Source: Klebsormidium nitens
Lineage: Eukaryota; Plantae; Klebsormidiophyceae
Direction: 5' to 3'
NCBI GenBank assembly: GCA_000708835.1
Contig: DF237416.1
Coordinates: 21,896 to 75,152, forward strand
Length of the DNA: 53,257 nt
In this document: positions 1-12,740 of the stretch, piece after piece
Numbering within the stretch: position 1 is the first letter of the stretch
Layout: every line of letters begins with the position of its first letter
Made by a program: the position numbers and the translations under genes
The notes under the pieces: model-generated
Told to the model about the DNA's origin: nothing
Database searches by the model: none
The model's input: only the letters and a program-made list of their open reading frames with translations

Positions 1-576
1 CGGTACACGACACCTGTGGGAACCTAGCAACCTCCTAGGAACCAGGCCAAAGTTCAACGAAGGGGAAAGGACCACCCTCGCTGTTCAACAGCGTTGTTAT
101 CGCCGCTCTGAGCAGAGCAGTTGCGAGGTTGGCGGACCAACAGACACCATCAGCTTTCTGGGTGCAAGACCCTATATCGCAGCATTCACTAGATGTTCCT
201 TTTTCCCGTCTTGGCGCACCTGTTGCAATTACATCCTCTTGAGAAACTTGGCGGCCAACTCTGCAACTTGGTTGCGGTTCGCCCGGTTCATCAGTTGTTC
301 GCGCAGGCTCAAATCAGAAATTACAGCGCCGTGGCCTTTGCAGACCTGACACTGAAGTCCCGCCAGTGGCACCTTTTTGGCCTCTGGACTTGTCGACCAC
401 AGGGATACAAGCTCAGAGGGGTTTTCCCTTCCTCAGATCACTCCGAATTGAAAAAGAACTTTAGCCTCAGTTTTGAAACTATATCACAGAGCCCTCCAGT
501 GAAGGTCCGGCTCAGCTTGCTTGGTGGTTTCAAAGGTGCTCCATTTAAGTTTCTGTGTCATGCGACGCGGTCAAAG

Positions 577-858
577 ATGGTGGACGCGGCGGCGATAGAG
601 CGTCAGCTGGCAGAGCTAGAGGAGCCGGAGAAGCCGTACCCCGAGGATTGCTGTGGGGGCGGCTGCGCGCCGTGCGTGTGGGACACGTACTATGAGGAAC
701 TAGAGGCGTTTGAGATGAAGAAGGAGGCGCTGCTTGAGGCAAAGGCGCATTTGGAGCGGGAGTCTGAGCGAGATACGATAGAGGAGGGTAGGAAAGAAGA
801 AAGTGCAGTTGATGGGGAGGACATTGGACAGCATTCGGAGGCATCGGCTGATCGGTGA
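577..858 (+). CDS. Small Oxidored-like (oxidoreductase-like N-terminal) domain protein, possibly extended upstream by a transit peptide
   Basis: MVDAAAIERQLAELEEPEKPYPEDCCGGGCAPCVWDTYYEEL matches the P-x-P-x-x-CC-x-x-GC-x-x-CVW-x-x-Y motif, followed by an acidic coiled-coil tail. The frame is open from 193; ATG at 577. Confidence 0.72.
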   Translation: MVDAAAIERQLAELEEPEKPYPEDCCGGGCAPCVWDTYYEELEAFEMKKEALLEAKAHLERESERDTIEEGRKEESAVDGEDIGQHSEASADR

Positions 859-1812
859 CCCCTGCGTCTTCGATAGACAGACGGCGCCCCCGTTGTCTTC
901 TTTGGATTCATCGTCAAGCTATTCTTATGTTCTGGAAAATTGTATGGATGATGCTGCCAGAGATCAAGGACGAATTGATATAGTGGGATTGAGTTTGTTC
1001 CAGGGTGCAAAGCACGCCAAACAGGACTATGAGGAGCCAGCAGTCAGCGTAGTCATGTCAGTCGAGTCTGCAGTGTATGTTAGCATGAGGGAAAGGATAC
1101 TAGGATGCTTAGCATTTGCTTCTGCGCGCTGTTTTTCAAACCCCTCGTCCATTTGACTTTAGGATATATGCATACCCCTTAAAGAGCACATATTGCAGTC
1201 CGTGACCTTATACTTACTGAGGCCATGCATGCAGGCTCGTGCACATATGATCCCAGTCATACACCTTTGTAAGCATACTCTGTGATGTAGTCACAATGTC
1301 TGCCTGCAAATCTCATCAAGCTCTGTATAAGATACCGATCCGCGGCGAATCTGTTATACATCCGCATCAATCAGAGCGTGCCACATGCACTTGAATGCCC
1401 GGACTGCATGTGTGCGGAATGCATGTACGGCTGGCAATCCAGTTGATGAGGGGCACAAACGTAGTTAGGTTCAGCAATGACCGCACAGTCCAGCTGCTTT
1501 GTACCGTGCGCTGCATATATTGCCAGAGCGCATTGTCGAAGCCCCTGAGATTTTGTGTATCATACTGGATATGCAAACGCTTTTCCGCCTGTGCACACAA
1601 TCTGACTCATGTATGATACTGGATCAGAAGTGGAACCATGGGAACAATTCAGGCTCCCAAGAGGCAAACTTAAGTTTCAGCTTCAGTCTTCAGTACACCA
1701 GGCCCGTTCTGGATCGACATTCAATGCCATGATCTATAGAAGCATACGGCTCGCTTGCTGCAAGTGGATCGCCCATATCACGCATCTTTGGCAATGACCA
1801 GTAAGATTACTC

Positions 1813-4800
1813 TTAGAACTGCTTCCTTTTGTTTTTGAATAACTGTTCTCGTTTCGTGTATACATAGAAAGCAACAGCAAGAAGGCCAACGGTAGAGCCT
1901 ACCCCCAAGTATGGAAAAGGAGGCTCCTGCACAACACAGCAAGAATCGTCCTTCAGTCTCTTTCTCGAATCCGTCTCTTTCTCAGATTGGCTTCCGGAGG
2001 CGTCAGCAGTGGCTTTGAGCACCCCCCAAGATGACCCCTGACCCCTTATGTTCTACAGGGCCGTTCCAATTAAGACCCAATTGAGACGAGCACTCACGTC
2101 ACAATCAAGCACGGTGCCCTGATTACTTCCTTACAACCATTCCAGCCTTCCGGCCTCCGCCAATCTGCTTGACCACGACTTAACAAAGACCTCCGATTAA
2201 GGTTCTACAAAGAATCTCACGCACTTCGAAGTCATGGTGCCGTTTTTCTTTCTCCTCCAGAAGAAGACAATAGTGCGGGTCGTACAGAATTTCGTTTGAC
2301 GGCGTCATGAATTTCTTCTCTCATGAAGCGCGCAGACGCAGTTAGAAGCATTTTCTGGGGAAAAGTAGGAAAGAGGAGTGGCAAGAATCGTTCGTCATAT
2401 TGCACCTGGACCCCGACTAACTCGGAAGGGGAGTCTCAGATCGCGAATCGCCTCAAGTCGAGTGGTGAAAACTATCTCCTCCTTTACAACCGGACGAACC
2501 AGACCATCAGCAGCGCCTTCTTAACTCTTTCCGAGCCGACTAGGATGGGTGAGAGGCCCATCTACAGACCTCGGACCCGATGAAAGCGCTTCAATCAGTA
2601 CCCAGAACGTATCTACCTAGTACGTAGCTAGAGCGAAAGTGTTACGTTAGTATACTTGGACAGAAGTTGGGAGGCTGAAAACGCTAGCCGTCTTCGTTCG
2701 ACGCCAATTGCATCGTCGACTGAAACTGCTGAATGATATCCAAACATATAAGAGAAATAGATACCAATCCTCTCAGTTGCGCTTACCTCGTAGCAGTCCA
2801 GCAGGGTGGTCAGCTCGCCGGCCCCCTGCTGCAGCAGCGCCTGGAGGCCCTGCAGGTCGTGGCGCGCAGACTGGGCGAAGTAGAGCGCCACGGGGAACTT
2901 GAGCAGCGACAGGGCCTCCGCGCACTTGTCCAGCTTGTGCGCGAGCACCCCCCACCGCTGCGAGTACTCCAGGTGCCGGGCCGGGGAGAGGAGCACCTGC
3001 TCGCCGCCATAGCTCTGCGAACGGGGGGGAAATGGTGAGGTTTGACTGGAAAAGGAAAGGGCAGCAACTCTGGTAGAGGGGGCTTGCTTCTGTTTTGTTT
3101 TGGATCAAGGCACATGTCAAGAGTCGTCAGAATATGGGGCCTTGGGCGAGGGTATGGGAGGGTCAAGCAACGAACAGGGAGATTATGAGTCTCAGAGATA
3201 CCGCTTCTTGATCTGCTCCTCTCACGGAAAAGATTGTCAGACAAGCAATTTCCCACGAGGTGGTCAGCACAGACGTATGTTCCACAAACGTCCATTCTTT
3301 GCCAGATTCCAAAATGCTGTAGGTCGGAGCTTCCTATGCGTAGCAGCTTCTGTCGCATACAGGTGCAGGTGACCAGAGGACAAATCAGCCACAAAAGTAG
3401 AAGCAGAACCGTTCGACTGAGGGATTGCTTCGAACTGCTCAGATCTCCTCTGCATCCCGGCCCCACCTGCACCGCCCGGAGCATCTCCCCCGCCTCCTCC
3501 ACCGCCCGGTGGAGCAGCGTGAGCACGACGTTGCGCTGCGCGGCCGTCCGCTGCACGAACGAGATGCCGAGGACGTCCGAGAGCGGTCCGAAGGGCGTCC
3601 GCCCAATGGACCAGAGCCAGTCGTGCAGCGTGGCGTTGTGGAACACGGACCACGTCTCGTACGACGGCGCCACGCCCCAGCCCGTCTGGAGCAGCGCCGC
3701 GAGCAACGCGCGGGGGACCGCCTCCGGCTTCAGCATCGCCATCTGGCCGTTGCATCTGCGGGGTGAGGGGGCGGGGGGCGGGGTAGAAATGTGTCTAATT
3801 GAGCAGGGGAGCTCAAGGCGGCGTCACGTCCTCTTGCACTGCAGTACAGCCCCGAATAGCGACCGAGCACTGTTTGCTGCAATACACCTCCTTCTAGGGG
3901 ACACGTGGCACTCACTGGAAACCGGAGGGCTGCCATGGCCCCTTCCCCCGGACGGCGATGACCATGTCATCGAAGGCCACCGCCTGGCGCGCCTGGTCCA
4001 GCCACGCTGGCGTGTCCGTGTCCTGGTCAAACACGTACACCGGGATGACACGTGTCCCGGGCTGGCCATCCGCGGTCCGGAACGACCCGTGAATGCGCCC
4101 GACCTCCGCTGGATACATGGAGGATGTCTGTCAGGTTGCTGTGAAAGCGAAGGGGGACTTGGACGACGTTTGAGAGATATTTCTGCTTCGCAACATGAAA
4201 GAGGTTTAGAAGCACCGGAGTTGTTGCTGCCTCAACTCCCTCGAGGATGATTGCCCACGTGCTTCGACCGCCAAGTCGCCCGCTGTCTCACTGCCAGCAA
4301 CTAGGCCTCGCTGCCAGCACCGCGAAACGAGCGAGATTTAAGAACATGCCTCACCCTTAAACTAGAAGAAACACAATGCGTAGCATCTGAACGGCCCCGT
4401 CGTCTGCAAGTCTCAACACACTCCCCAAATGACGGCCGCTTCGTTTGCGAGGTTTTCAAGGACGTCCCCTTTCTCCAAACATCCGCTTGGACACGTCCTC
4501 GTTCATCCCGGAGCCACCCTCCCAAGGGTCCAAAAGCGGCGCCGTGGCTTACCCAGAAAGTCTCTGCAAAAAGACTCTCCTTGGAGTCGTTCTTATTTGA
4601 ACAGAGACACAAGAATCACAAGAACCCCAAAAGCGGCGCCGTGGCTCACTCAGGATGTTCCGGCGGAAGACCTGCAGCCAGTGGTGCAGCTCGGCGGCGT
4701 CCAGGTACTCCCACGCGGTCGCGGCGAGGCTGCCCTGGAACGCGCGCCTCGAGGGGCCCTCGTCGCGGGGGCGAGTGGCCGTACGCAGCGCGCGCCCGAA

Positions 4801-7800
4801 GGCGGCCATGCAGAACTCGCAGTCGCCCAGCGAGAGGGACGTCTCGATGAAGCGGACGCTTTGCCGGGGGAGCAGCAGCTCGGTGGTCACCTGGTGGGTT
4901 AGAGGATGGTTAGGAGTGTCTAGCTTGGAGTTTCTAATGAGTTGGGGACTCATCGGACTAGGGAAAAGCGGGCAGAGGCGGGGTTTCAGAAGCAGGCCGT
5001 CCGTCAAAGCTGACTTGCGAGAAGAGCGAAGCCGTGCGAAGCAAGTAAGATAGGTCCACTTGCTAAAAACCTGGAAAGTACGTGTCGACCGTGCAGAAGT
5101 GAGGAAGCTTGGCGGTGGCAGGCGCGCAAATCACCAAGCAAGCGTGGCCTATTGTCGTCCACAACGGTTCGACGACATTTGTTACGCAAGAGCAGGTTGC
5201 ACAGAAAAACAACATGCGAGTTTTGACCAAAAGGGGACACGGGCGCTCTTTCGAAGAAAAGGGCGAACCAATTTCTGAGAAGAGTATGACTGCTCCAGAG
5301 GAACAAACGAACACAATCGTTGCAACAATCGACCTGCCCTTCAGATTTCGAATTTTACAGATCAAAAACGCTCTTAGTCCAAGCCCAAGGGTGTGAAGAG
5401 TAAACCCGATACGTGCGTTGTGCACTGAAAGTTTCCAGTAACGAGAGTAGCCGTGCTCTTACGATGTTCTCAATCTCCTTGAGGCCAAACTCGTCCCGCT
5501 GCTCCAGCCCTGTGCCCTTAAGGGCCGGCCCCTCCCGAATATGGATGAGATGCACCTCCGTCAGAGGGGTGTAAGGAACTGGGAACCTGCAAGAGAAAAT
5601 CACTTGGTGTCTATTTGCTACGTCCGTTTCGAACCATACACTGGGTTGGGATAAAGCGTCCGGGAATGTCCTCAGTCTCTGACTGCCAGAAGAGTTTCAA
5701 TGATTGAGTTGGGATGTACGAGCTTGTCCTTGAGTCAGCGCAAGGAATGCGAGCAGACGAAGACATTCGAAGAGAGATACGCCTTGTAAGATAGAGTCTC
5801 TGGATCGGAGGCCACTTCTATGCGGAGACCAGCACTTCGAACGATGGAAATGTTTCCATGGCAAACGGCTAAGCAGATTTCAGACTTTTCTTTTCTTCTG
5901 CTCTGTCCGTCCCGACTCTTTGCACATCTCTACTTAGCCCTCTGTTGCGATCAGTTGCACTCTGATCACTGTCCCGCGTATCTGACGAACTTAACCCGCT
6001 CGCCAGTTGCGCTGCTCCGCCCTTCCTTTTCTCTTCACTTGCCTCCCTTCCATTTTCCCTTTCTTTCCTGGTACCACAGGCCAAGAGAACCGACAACTGG
6101 AACAAGATGTTTCCACCTGTGAACATCCTCACCGGTCCATCGGCGGTGCAAACATGTGCTCCGCAGCATCGGCCACCATTCCCACCAGGTCCGCCACAAA
6201 CGCTCTGCTCCAGTTCTCCGGCCCATAATGCGCAGGCTTGGGAATGCTCTTCGGACTTGTTCCCCCCTCCCCCTCAAAGACGGGGCCATAGATCGACGGG
6301 CCCGATGTGATGTCAACCCACATGTAGCGCTCGCTGGTGCCGGCCCAGACCGAACCCCCGCAGAACTGCGCCTGGCCGCCCTTCTCGCTACCGTAGATGT
6401 AGCTGCTGGCCTGGTGATTTTGAAGGTGAAGTGTCAGAAGCTGCCTGCCAGTCTCTCGGTGAATGACTGCGGCTGTCAGCTTCGTAGGACAACGAGGTTG
6501 AGGGATCTCCCCGTGGTAAGGTGCGGATGTGATTGCAGAAGGCCTGGAATAAGAACCAAGGGACGGGCCAAGGACACAAACAAATGAACGCGTTCCAAGG
6601 TTAGGTGCCAGATCGGCAATATAAGAATTTGCAGCATGCAAGAAGGACACCGTCCGAGCGTTTTGAGCCCAAAGTGCCCCAATCGAATCTGTACGAAACA
6701 ACCTTGGCAGAAGGTAAATGGTGCATGAGCAGTGCGCAAAGTAGAGCCTTGATAGTTGCTGACCTGAGGTGGCGGGTTGAGTATGTAGATAGTCGGTACG
6801 AGAAGCCCGCTCCTCTGCCTGACCTCGTCCGCAATTATCTCGTCCACCACGTTGGCCGGGACTGTTTCCGCAAGGATTGGTGGAAAGCGATCTTTCGTCT
6901 GCATAGAGTGACACTGGTTTTGCCAACGGCTTTGAAGACAGTCTCGACTAGTTGAGAGACCACCTAGCCCTTAGCCGCAAGCTGCTATCAAGACCATTCA
7001 AGGTCAGATAAGTTGGCAAGAGGTAACCAGCCACTCAACAGCCACTCCACAGGTTGCCTCGCTCATCTATGTCCTCTGGCAGATATCCCACCTTCTCCAG
7101 CGACAGCCTCACGGCATCCCAGATTGCATGGCTCAGCGTTCTCGGTGCCTTGGTGATGTGGAAGAGCACGCTGCTCCGCAGAAGGAGCGAATGCGGCTGG
7201 AGGGTACACGCAAACGGTGAGAATCAATCTTTGTTGATCATCACCAAGGCCCAAGGACTTCCCTCCGCAGCTTTGTCCAGGTGAGCGAGTCTGACCTGAA
7301 GTTCGCAGTTCTTTAGGGCCACTTATTTAGGCAACGAGTGCCAGTCAAATGTATCTGTCCAGCGGCTGTTTCAAAGGAGATGATGTACACTTTGCACTTG
7401 TTGGAGAATGCAGACGACGGATGCCAGCAAGTGTTAAACTCAAAAGTCTGCTTGACTTCGAATTAATGGGGAAATATATCCAGAAATTTGACTGGCCGCT
7501 TACTTCGCTCTGGAGGACATGAATCCTGGGGTCCCTCCGCAATGCTGTGATGTAGCGCCACAAGTCAGACTGCAAACAGGCGATGGATCAGCCAAAGCAG
7601 GGGCACAAGGAGAAGCTGGGATGGAAAGGAAGTTGACTAGATGTTGTGGTCAGCTCATAAAGGCTTACATTGGCTTCCTAGTCAAGATGTGAGCGAGGGG
7701 TCTGCTAGGCACCAACGATGGTGATGAGTAGAATCCTGAGTATCCAAGATTGCAAGTGCCACAACTATGAGGGGCAACAGGGACACCGCGACCAGTCTAC

Positions 7801-8304
7801 AGGTGCAGGCAGATGACAGGCTTGTATTAGCCCAAAGCACTACCTGACTCAACTATCAGGAAGAAGGTTTTGAATTGTGCTCAGAAAGGCCTCTGGAACT
7901 TTGATTGCTTCTCCAACTCAAAAAAACTGCACCACCATGTGCAAGGGTGTCGCAAGGCATTTATGGCCCAGGGTGCTTGCCTCTTTCAACTTGATGGCCT
8001 CTGCCCCTTCTCCATCAAACCCCACCAGCCGAACCTCTACAGCAGAAGCTACTTCCAGATTTCCCAGGGCTTTTGCCTTGTCCGCCAGCGAGGTTGACCC
8101 CAAGCGGCCCCATTGCTGCCTGTCCTTTTCTGACAAGCTTGCAAATGTGTCCACCTCTCCAATTGGATCGCTGTCTATCTGCAGGAGCGAAGCCCCCAAC
8201 CTCGGGTCCACAGACTTCCCTTCACAATGTATGCTGGCTAAAGAGACGAACAAAATGACGAACTTTAGCGAAAGGAAGGAAGCTCTGACTTCACTTTTGC
8301 CCAT
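1813..8304 (-). CDS. Conserved plant uncharacterised protein (At3g28720/DUF7906-like): signal peptide plus C-terminal TM; multi-exon
   Basis: N-terminal hydrophobic signal (LKFVILFVSLASIHCEG). Exons encode RYMWVDITSGPSIYGPVFEGEG, RVIPVYVFD, LLQTGWGVAPSYETWS..WSIGRTPFGP. Last junction LDCYE|EPPFPYLG..YTKREQLFKNKRKQF* (donor after 2787, acceptor before 1926, phase 0). Confidence 0.85.
4530..4660 (-). repeat. Duplicated 5' splice-site segment (period 97 bp)
   Basis: ccaaaagcggcgccgtggct at 4530-4549 and 4627-4646, each adjoining a GT donor (gtaagc, gtgagc) on the minus strand. Confidence 0.75.
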
Positions 8305-9231
8305 TGTGTTCGGGCACATGCAAATCAGAAGCACAATTCAGTAGCCGCTATTGAACGTAGACGGATCAAGTAACTCATGTCTTGCAAAGCCCATCGTGGC
8401 TCCGATGCAACCCCCTGCCAGAGTGTCTTGCACATGACCAGGCTAATGCAGAGTCACTCAGTTAGAATGGCGGCTGCTGGAGCCTAGTTGTTGCTGTGCA
8501 CTGGCTGAGGCCCAGGCCCAGGGCCAGGGTGGTGGTGCTGTTGAGGCACCCACAAATAAGTGGCTGGTGCCAGCTTTCAAGGTTCCGCTACGTCGTGACC
8601 GGTAGCGGAACCAAGACGGAATCGAAAGTACTGCAAGTCTCCTGTTCCGCTGTTCCGCCCGGGCTGCAGTATGATCACCAGAGCTGTGGCTGCGATAGTG
8701 TCGAAGCAGTTGCTGTTCCGACAGTCCCCACAGAGTTACTGACAATCTCGATAGAATTGACACCACACTTCTCTCAGCTGCTAGGTACTTGGATCGAGGT
8801 CTTCAGCCTCGGGTTGCAACTTGCAACTTGTGACCTGGTGAAATTTGCAAGACTGCATAAACTGTTTGAGATCAGAGAAGTAGGGAGGGGGAGGACGCTC
8901 AGGGCGCTTGGAGCATTTCAAAAGGTTAATTGTTCCGAGTATCTTTCTGTCTGCTGCTGACATTGGAGAATCGGATTAACGCTGCCTGTTTAGAGGGGGC
9001 AAAGGTGCTTTCTGACGGGAATCCACAGGCTTTTCAGAACTTTAGCTTAGCAGGTGTAGGGGAGGATATCTGTTGTTTGTTGAGAAGGGTTCAGTCGGGC
9101 AAAGAGCCGTTGTTCTATTTCGAGGTCCTTTTTCTTCGGAGCTTATCACACTGACAAGTGGTCTTTTGCGTAGAAGCCTGTTCAAGTCAGGCACGACGCA
9201 AAGTTGAGCATCTGGGGTTGAGCAGATTAAC

Positions 9232-12200
9232 ATGTCGCTGAACCCGTTGAGAGATGCTCGGTCCGAGGCCCGGAAGAAGGCCTTCAAGAAGGCTGTCGAT
9301 GGAGACGAAGCGAGGCGGAAGAGAGAGGATCAGATGCTGTCAATTAGAAAGAGCACGCGCGATGAAAATCTGCTGAAGAAAAGAAACATTGGCCTTCAAT
9401 CCCAATTGGATCAGACCAAGGGGCCAACTGTTGATAAGAAGGTGAGCGATAATGATCTCATGTGTGCAGCTTGATTTTCTCGCTGAAGTTCTTGGTCCAG
9501 CTTCCGGTGGTAAAGGTAAATAAATTGTCCGAAAAGTTTAATTGTCCAAGGACAATTGCAGATTGATGCTGTAGACAAAGTGCTGGGAGGGTGGAGCAGT
9601 TTCTTTTCATGATCTTGTGCCTGGCAAGTCCAGGCAGAAATTCCACGTGGAGCGTTGATCTTACACATCCACATTCATGATTGTTGCAGCTGGAGAGTCT
9701 ACCAGGCCTTGTGCAAGGAGTTCGTAGCGACGATCGGAACACTCAGATTGAGGCTGTCACACAGTTTAGGAAGCTTCTTTCAATAGGTGAGCGGCAGAAA
9801 TTGTTATCTTGCATTGCAGCAGATACTGCAAGTCTTTCGAAGATGCAAGTGTAGTGTTAACACTGTGCAGTTGCCTCTTCCACTGTCTTGCATGAGAATG
9901 CAGTGGAAGAATATATGTGGAACAATGGGGAAGGTTGTTAACATGTGCGAGTGTTCTCTGCAGAGCGGAACCCCCCTATTGAGGAGGTTATTAGAGCTGG
10001 TGTGGTCCCCCTCTTTGTGGAGTTCCTGAAGCGGACTGACTATCCTCAGTTGCAGGTAAGTCGTGTGCCCCTGATCAGGAGGCCCTCTATAATGTGCAAA
10101 TATGTGCGTGACTCAAAAGTTGAGGAGGCGCTTTTCAATTGAAACATTGATCAGTGTCCCTCAGACTTATCAAGAGCAGGGAGGAGAGATGCTTGAAGCA
10201 TTGCAAGAAATAGTATGTATTCCGGAGCGGTGGGGCGATCCGAGCTCAACATGGGACTTCTTACTCTCATCACATGCATGCGAAGTTGCCTTGAAACATT
10301 CATTCTGCATATGCAACTTTTTCTGGAGGGTTTTTTTAGTGGGAGAAAAGGCTGGACTGTCTTAGGGTTGCATGGATTATTCTGGATTTGCGGCAAACAG
10401 AGGATCTGCGGGCCCGACAAATGCAGCCTCCTCTGAATTCTCTCTGCTGACTTGATAAGCTGTGCGCTTACAGTTCGAAGCTGCGTGGGCGCTGACCAAC
10501 ATTGCCTCTGGGACATCGGACCACACGAAGGTCGTAATCGACCATGGCGCAGTCCCCATCTTCGTACAGCTGCTCAGCTCTCCCAGTGACGATGTCCGGG
10601 AGCAGGCTGTGTGGGCCCTGGGCAATATTGCTGGCGACTCTCCTCACTGCAGAGACCTGGTGCTAGGCCATGGGGCACTCAATCCCCTTCTGGCACAGCT
10701 GAACGAGAAGTCCAAGGTCTCTATGCTCAGGAATGCCACGTGGACGCTCTCTAACTTCTGCCGTGGCAAGCCCCAGCCCAACTTTGAGCAGGTGAGCCAC
10801 CTGGTGTTCATTTGAAACGCCAGTATGCGGAGCATACGGTATGCGGTTTTCAGTCTTCAGATTGAAAAGGGTGCTGAGCTTTACAGGGTTCATGCAAGCT
10901 TTTGAATGGGAGTCAGGTTTATAACGGTGCTGTGTTATTGGCTGATTCAGGTTGCTTTTGCGTGGTGTGCAGTCAAAGCCTGCCCTTCCTGCCCTGGAGC
11001 GCCTCATCCACACCACCGACGAGGAGGTTCTGACGGACGCATGCTGGGCCCTGTCCTACCTGTCGGATGGCACGAATGACAAGATCCAGGCGGTCATTGA
11101 AGCAGGCGTCTGCCGCCGCCTCGTTGAGCTTCTCCTGTAAGTCGTAGTGCATCATGCAATCCTATTTTCAATTGAGAGGCCATATACAGGACGTGTAGAC
11201 TCGTTCGTAGACGTGAGCTTCTAGCAGATCTTCCACCTGGTGGTTGCCGTTGCTAATCTGTTGCTCTTTGGGTCTGCAGTCACCCGTCTGCGTCCGTTCT
11301 CATCCCTGCGCTCCGGACGATCGGCAACATCGTCACTGGAGATGATGTACAGACACAGGTGCGTGCCCCCGCTCAGTATGAACATCTGCAGGTGTTCTTT
11401 AGCTGGACACTGCCCTGTAACTGGGACATGCATGAGGAGTGTTAGTCGCGCTTTTCTTCTGAAACTGCTCAGAACGAGAAGACAGTGGTTGCTACAATTG
11501 CTACAGATGTGACAAACTTGCATCCTGTGCAGATCATCATCAATAATGGGGCTCTGCCATGCCTGCTGAACCTGCTCACCAGCAACAACAAGAAGAGCAT
11601 CAAGAAGGAGGCGTGCTGGACCATCTCCAACATCACAGCAGGCAATAAAGAACAGATCCAGGTACGTGCCTCTAATACAGTCCTAGATTAGCTTCAGCTA
11701 TGCTGTCCTGCAAGGTTCAGGTTCTGTTTCTGGAACGAAGCAGTGCCTCAGGTCTTGGGCCAGTTTTTGACAACAAATCCTTGTGCTTAACTATCATTTC
11801 CCAACTGCAGGCTGTGATTGACGCCAACATCATCCCCCCCCTAGTACAGCTCCTGCAGAATGCAGAGTTTGATATCAAGAAGGAAGCAGCCTGGGCGATC
11901 TCCAACGCCACCTCTGGGGGCACTCATGATCAGCTGAAGTAAGGATTGAGGCCTCGCCAAATCTTAGATCCGACAGTTAGTAGTTGTGGGAATGCGTTTT
12001 TTGTACCTCTTCAATACTTCTGGCCACAGTTCTCTAGATTCGTGGAGAAACATGCATGATAAGCGGTGGTATATACACGTCAAAGATGCATTGTTAAAGT
12101 CTAGGCTGAACTTAGGCTTTTTAAAGTGCTTGACTTCAGTCGTAGTCCCTGTCCTTTGAACTTTGGCGAGTTTAATCTCTTTTGGGTTTCCATTGACGTC

Positions 12201-12674
12201 CTTAACTCTCTCTGCCTCCTGCTACCTGTCTGAGCACAGAGCTTTACATCCGGATGCTCGCTGCTGACCTGAAACGTTCCTCTTGTCGTTCACAGGTACC
12301 TGGTGTCCCAGGGCTGCATCAAGCCGCTGTGCGACCTGCTGACGACTTCGGACGCCCGGATCGTGACAGTGGCCCTGGAGGGGCTGGAGAACATCCTCAA
12401 GGTGGGCGAGGCCGAGAAGGAGCTGGGTACGACCGAGGGCGTCAATGTCTACGCGCAGTTCATCGATGAGGCGGAGGGCCTGGAGAAGATCGAGAACCTG
12501 CAGTCACACAACAACAACGACATCTACGAGAAGGCGGTCAAGATCCTGGAAACCTACTTCGGGCTGGAGGATGAGGAGCCAAACCTCGCGCCGGCCATTG
12601 ATGCGAATGCGACGCAGTATACCTTTGGGGACAGCCAGCAGATGCTACCAAGCGGGGGCTTCCAGTTCGGCTAA
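9232..12674 (+). CDS. IMPA: Importin subunit alpha (IBB + ARM repeats), multi-exon
   Basis: IBB domain ([29 protein letters not shown]), ARM repeats [57 protein letters not shown], and a C-terminal GGFQFG*. Confidence 0.97.
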
Positions 12675-12684
12675 GGTGAGGAGT

Positions 12685-12740
12685 GGAGTGGCCGGAAAGA
12701 CTGGGGAGTGGCCGGAAAGACTGGGGAGTGGCCGGAAAGA
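12685..12740 (+). repeat. 20-bp tandem repeat, ~2.8 copies
   Basis: ggagtggccggaaagactgg repeated directly after the importin stop and a putative 3'UTR donor (taag|gtgagg). Confidence 0.9.

Noticed and set aside
3234-4250. 338-aa plus-strand ORF, and similar long ORFs such as 18171-18728(-), 4429-4902(+), 45278-45955(+)
   Set aside because: Most are antisense shadows of GC3-rich exons; the others are low-information frames. None has a recognisable motif.
8544-8612. Twin hairpins as an H/ACA snoRNA
   Set aside because: The hairpins are too short and there is no ANANNA hinge; kept only as a promoter/UTR observation.
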